Shown: one piece after another, positions 33,556 through 36,969 of the stretch | How the letters are laid out: every line of letters starts with the position of its first letter | Position numbering within the stretch: position 1 is the first letter of the stretch | DNA from: a virus | Taxonomy: Duplodnaviria; Caudoviricetes | Virus record (IMG/VR): IMGVR_UViG_3300033485_000048 | Coordinates: 1 to 36,969 of that record | Strand: one strand, 5' to 3' | Length of the DNA stretch: 36,969 nt | Notes under the pieces: generated by a model | Seen by the model: the letters and a program-made list of their open reading frames with translations, nothing else | Databases searched by the model: none | What the model was told of the DNA's origin: nothing | Translations under genes and position numbers: made by a program

Positions 33556-35106
33556 TTAGCCTGTGAACTGAAGGTCGAGGAGCACAACCTTCGCAGCCAT
33601 CCACGCAAAGAGTTGTGCGTGGAAGCAGTCATCCGGTTGTGTAGGGGCATGCCGCCAGACCTTCTGGCCATTCAACGTGACTTCTTCGTAGATGTTGAGC
33701 GTATCCTCGATGGGTACACTCATGTACTCGAGTTTGGGGAAGACCACACCACCGCGTTTAAGGACCATGAAGAAGTTGTCCATGAGCGTGGTGCGATCCG
33801 CGTAGTAGCTGTTCGCGTCTTCGTTCCAGACGAGTGGCGCAGCTTGAGCTTGGTACTTGAGCTGCGCCACTCGGTTGTTTCCCAAACGTGCTTTGAGCAG
33901 GTTGTTCGCGAGGTGCCCTTCACCGCGGTCGCCGATGACGAATGAGCAGTTGTAGTTGTTCAGTACCTCGGCAACGTCATCCACAACCGCGACGGGGTTT
34001 GTTACCGGGTAAATTCGGAAGTAGAGTGTCTTGAGCTTGTGGTCTTGGGTGATACCAAAGATCCACACCACGGTGCGACTGATGCCCTCCGTGCCACCCC
34101 CGGACCAGTCCACACCACCCACGATGTGGCTAAACATCTCCAAATTGGTGGGCGGTGTGCGGTACAAGTCGTAGTCCCGACAGAGGTTCTGTAGCTCTTC
34201 TTTGCTGATGAGTCGGGCACCCAGCGCATCAGAAACGCCCAGCACCTCGTTCTTGAACTTGGTGGTCGAGTAACGTTCGAGCTTGTTCAGGATACGCTGC
34301 CACCGCGAAGAGATTTCGCTGTTGAGCGGCAGCATGGGTTGCGAGATGTGAAACGCTTTGAGGGTCGACCCCGGGTTGAAGTCGTACCACTGTCCTTCCC
34401 GTGGATTCAGCTTGTGACCACACTTCAAGCAGATCGGCCCGGTTTTTCCGATGGAACGATCTGTCTCGATGAAGTTCCAACGACCACAGCCGTCGCACTT
34501 CATGATCCACTCAGTGCGCGAGCTGATAGACCAGAGGTACTCGATGGTGTTTTCCATCGTCTTGGGCGTACCCGCGTAGGTCTCGTAGCCATAGTTCGAG
34601 TTGCCCATGCACTCGTTGATGACGGGGATTACTTCCTCGTAGAGGATGTCCTGAACCTCGTCGTAGCACACGCGATCAGCCGTGTTGCCTCGTGCGCGGT
34701 CAGGGTCATCAGAGGCGTAGGTGAACTTCACCTCTGCGCCATTGCGGAACATGCGCAACATCGTGCGGTGAGTGAAGTCGGTTGCGGTCCAGTACTTGCG
34801 AATGAGGGGCGAGTAGAAACACGTCTTCCCGAAGCGTGTATTCGAGAACGTTTGAGTTTGTTCTTCTGACGGAGACACATAGAGGTTCCTGAAGTGCGGA
34901 ATCCCGATGCTCTCGCAGATGATGAAGTTGCAGAGCGAAGTAGACTTGGCGACCTGCCGCCCACACTTCAACAGCAACCCCTGGTACTGACCATCGTAGA
35001 TGGCCGGATAGAACGGGTAGTCGATCAACGAGAAGGGTTCACCGCTCAGGTAGAGCAGCTTCTCAGCCAGTTGTGACCGACGCTGCGCTGGGAGGTCATC
35101 CGACAT
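33556..35106 (-). CDS. terL: Terminase large subunit (lambda gpA-like ATPase plus RNase H-like nuclease)
   Basis: GRQVAKST (Walker A), RARGNTADRVCYDEVQD (Walker B), GTPKT, CDGC..CLKC Zn motif, GVDWSGG, PDDCFHA. Confidence 0.9.
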   Translation of the reverse strand: MSDDLPAQRRSQLAEKLLYLSGEPFSLIDYPFYPAIYDGQYQGLLLKCGRQVAKSTSLCNFIICESIGIPHFRNLYVSPSEEQTQTFSNTRFGKTCFYSPLIRKYWTATDFTHRTMLRMFRNGAEVKFTYASDDPDRARGNTADRVCYDEVQDILYEEVIPVINECMGNSNYGYETYAGTPKTMENTIEYLWSISSRTEWIMKCDGCGRWNFIETDRSIGKTGPICLKCGHKLNPREGQWYDFNPGSTLKAFHISQPMLPLNSEISSRWQRILNKLERYSTTKFKNEVLGVSDALGARLISKEELQNLCRDYDLYRTPPTNLEMFSHIVGGVDWSGGGTEGISRTVVWIFGITQDHKLKTLYFRIYPVTNPVAVVDDVAEVLNNYNCSFVIGDRGEGHLANNLLKARLGNNRVAQLKYQAQAAPLVWNEDANSYYADRTTLMDNFFMVLKRGGVVFPKLEYMSVPIEDTLNIYEEVTLNGQKVWRHAPTQPDDCFHAQLFAWMAAKVVLLDLQFTG

Positions 35107-35140
35107 GAGATAAATGTAGGGAAAATTGGAGGAATTTACA

Positions 35141-35566
35141 ATGCCATCTTTTCACGTCCGGCTCACTGACCCTGCGGGTATCGTCATGGTGCGCCGTGCA
35201 CTCGAGGAAGGAAAGATCATCCTCGTATCGTTCGCTGCGCAGATGACGCACTATCCACTGCTCATTGGACCCGATACGGCGTTCACGCACATCGGCTTCG
35301 AAAAATCCTACGGGGGAGGACCTACGGGAGGTGGCTATCACTACGTGGGTCTGATGGAGTATGGTGGACTCTACCCGTTCCAGCTCGGGCACCTGTCTGC
35401 GGGCTACGTCAAAGAGAAGTTGAAGCTCAAGCACCGGGGCTGTGCTGGCAACATCACGGTGTTCCTGAACGCCCTTGGGCACCCCGACGGGGTGTATACG
35501 TACCTTTCCACGATCCCGATGATGGGGGATCATCCCGATCACGAGTCGGAGGCTCTCCATGTCTAA
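35141..35566 (+). CDS. Hypothetical protein
   Basis: ATG 35141 after GGAGGA SD; overlaps the next gene by 8 nt. Confidence 0.65.
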   Translation: MPSFHVRLTDPAGIVMVRRALEEGKIILVSFAAQMTHYPLLIGPDTAFTHIGFEKSYGGGPTGGGYHYVGLMEYGGLYPFQLGHLSAGYVKEKLKLKHRGCAGNITVFLNALGHPDGVYTYLSTIPMMGDHPDHESEALHV

Positions 35567-36956
35567 GACCAAAGTCGCCGCCGAGGAAGAGAAGTTCTTC
35601 TCGAAGCTCGGTATCAGCTTGACCTCGCTTCGTGGTGCCCAGGAGGCCATCGAGGCTAACCGCACTACGGGCAACGTCATTTGCCTCGTAGGCCCCGCCG
35701 GCATCGGCAAGACGCACATCACCAAACAGATCGCGGATAAGCGCGTTCCCCGTAAAGCGTTCGACTGGCATGGACGCACGTGGGAGACCTCCGTGCCGCT
35801 GATCGTGCTCTATCTCGCGCATATGCAGGCAGAGGACACCGGGGTGCCGTACCCTTCGCGGGCTCGCCGCAACGAGTTGCTGAAGGAGTGCGACCTCTTC
35901 ATGCGCATCGCAGCGCAAGCACAGAACGGCATGGGTGAACGAGCACGAGAGCACGCCTTGGGTATCGCAGAAGACGTGCTCACCAGCACCAGCGCTCAGG
36001 ACGAGGGAACCTTCGAGTTCCTCATCAACAAACAGCTCAACGACTTGCCGCCCGAAGGCATCCTGTTTCTCGACGAATGGAATCGCGCCGAAAAGCAGGT
36101 CATCAAGGCCTTCTTCACACTACTCGAGGACCGTGAGATCCACGGCCATCGCATTGTTCCGGACGGGGTGCAGATCGTTGCAGCAATGAATCCGTCGGAT
36201 GGCGCGTACTCGGTGAACGAAGCAGAGAAGGACCACGCGTTCAGACGACGGTTATCCTTTGTCGCAGTCACGTGCAACACCGGCGCGTGGCTCGAGTACG
36301 CGGCTAACAAATTTCACGTGCATGTCGTGAACTTCATCAAAGCGATGCCCGATGCGCTCTACGATACGAAGTTGCGTGACGCAGGTAAGGCCTTCCCGTG
36401 CCCTGCTACGTGGGAGAAGGTGAGCAAAATCCTGCAAGCGATCGAGAAGGAGGGCAAAGACATCGTTTCGACGGGCGTAGAGCTGAGTGTCTGTGGGCAC
36501 ATTGGCCAGGCCACCGGTACGCAGTTCATGGCCTACGTGAAGGACAACGAGACGGTCATCAATCCGGACGAGGTCATCCACAAGTACACGGAGAAAAGCG
36601 CCGTGCGCAAGAAGGTGCTGAAGCTCGTCGAGAGTGCACGGAACGACGTACTCAACGAGCTGTGCATGGGTGTGGCCATCACGCTGCTCTCCGCCAAGCC
36701 GGACCCCACCAGCATCGCACCCAACATCGCGCTCTACATGGGTGATCTTCAGCCCGAGATGGCTGTCAGCATGATCGTCCACAAGCTCAGTGCGGCTGCG
36801 GAAGAGACACAAAACTCCGAGAGCTATCTCAACAATCTTTCCATTGCGATGCACGACCAGAAGCCATATCAGCGGCTCTTCGAGGACATCGCAGCAGCTA
36901 TGGAGAAGGCTCGCGCAGAGGTCGGGGAAAAGAGTCCCGATCCTCTAAAGCCGTAG
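35559..36956 (+). CDS. MoxR-like AAA+ ATPase
   Basis: GPAGIGKT, LFLDEWNRA, VAAMNP, AFRRR, PCPATWE. Confidence 0.88.
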   Translation: MSKTKVAAEEEKFFSKLGISLTSLRGAQEAIEANRTTGNVICLVGPAGIGKTHITKQIADKRVPRKAFDWHGRTWETSVPLIVLYLAHMQAEDTGVPYPSRARRNELLKECDLFMRIAAQAQNGMGERAREHALGIAEDVLTSTSAQDEGTFEFLINKQLNDLPPEGILFLDEWNRAEKQVIKAFFTLLEDREIHGHRIVPDGVQIVAAMNPSDGAYSVNEAEKDHAFRRRLSFVAVTCNTGAWLEYAANKFHVHVVNFIKAMPDALYDTKLRDAGKAFPCPATWEKVSKILQAIEKEGKDIVSTGVELSVCGHIGQATGTQFMAYVKDNETVINPDEVIHKYTEKSAVRKKVLKLVESARNDVLNELCMGVAITLLSAKPDPTSIAPNIALYMGDLQPEMAVSMIVHKLSAAAEETQNSESYLNNLSIAMHDQKPYQRLFEDIAAAMEKARAEVGEKSPDPLKP

Positions 36957-36969
36957 CCGACTGATGTCC

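Noticed and set aside
32644-33671. Short ORFs across the structured region (32644-33135, 32844-33167, 32987-33223, 33226-33507 and others)
   Set aside because: No clear SD, atypical composition, mutually overlapping and no motifs; base-pairing explains the region better
1-36969. Stop-codon reassignment (alternative genetic code)
   Set aside because: Conserved genes are full length in the standard code, and TAA, TAG and TGA all end well-supported genes

Overview
This 37-kb window looks like part of a large (jumbo-type) tailed-phage genome at roughly 60% GC. The minus strand carries mostly virion and late genes: terminase large subunit, a portal-like protein, an LL-H-type holin, small head-type proteins, a sigma-70 factor, and a phage multisubunit RNA polymerase. 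The polymerase is organised as a beta::beta'(N-half) fusion (6424-10887) plus a separate beta'(C-half) gene. That second gene runs off the left edge (<1-985) and is missing from the ORF track. The plus strand carries replication and metabolism genes: SNF2 helicase, two Cas4/RecB-like nucleases, amidase endolysin, dCTP deaminase, ParB, SSB-like protein, primase-helicase, UDG-like::PolA fusion and a MoxR-like ATPase. The most striking unexplained signals are: (1) an ~800-nt ORF-poor, densely base-paired + strand region next to the terminase gene, a candidate novel large ncRNA; (2) a recurring leader plus K-x-A/S motif at domain boundaries of several late proteins, including a five-domain enzyme polyprotein and an RNAP insert, suggesting a capsid-targeting and proteolytic maturation code; (3) an RNAP lacking the beta' zinc ribbon, alongside a sigma factor that has gained one; (4) a structured 5' leader with a possible pseudoknot, and a shared -10-like late promoter motif. 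All calls come from reading motifs by eye; no database searches or folding programs were run.
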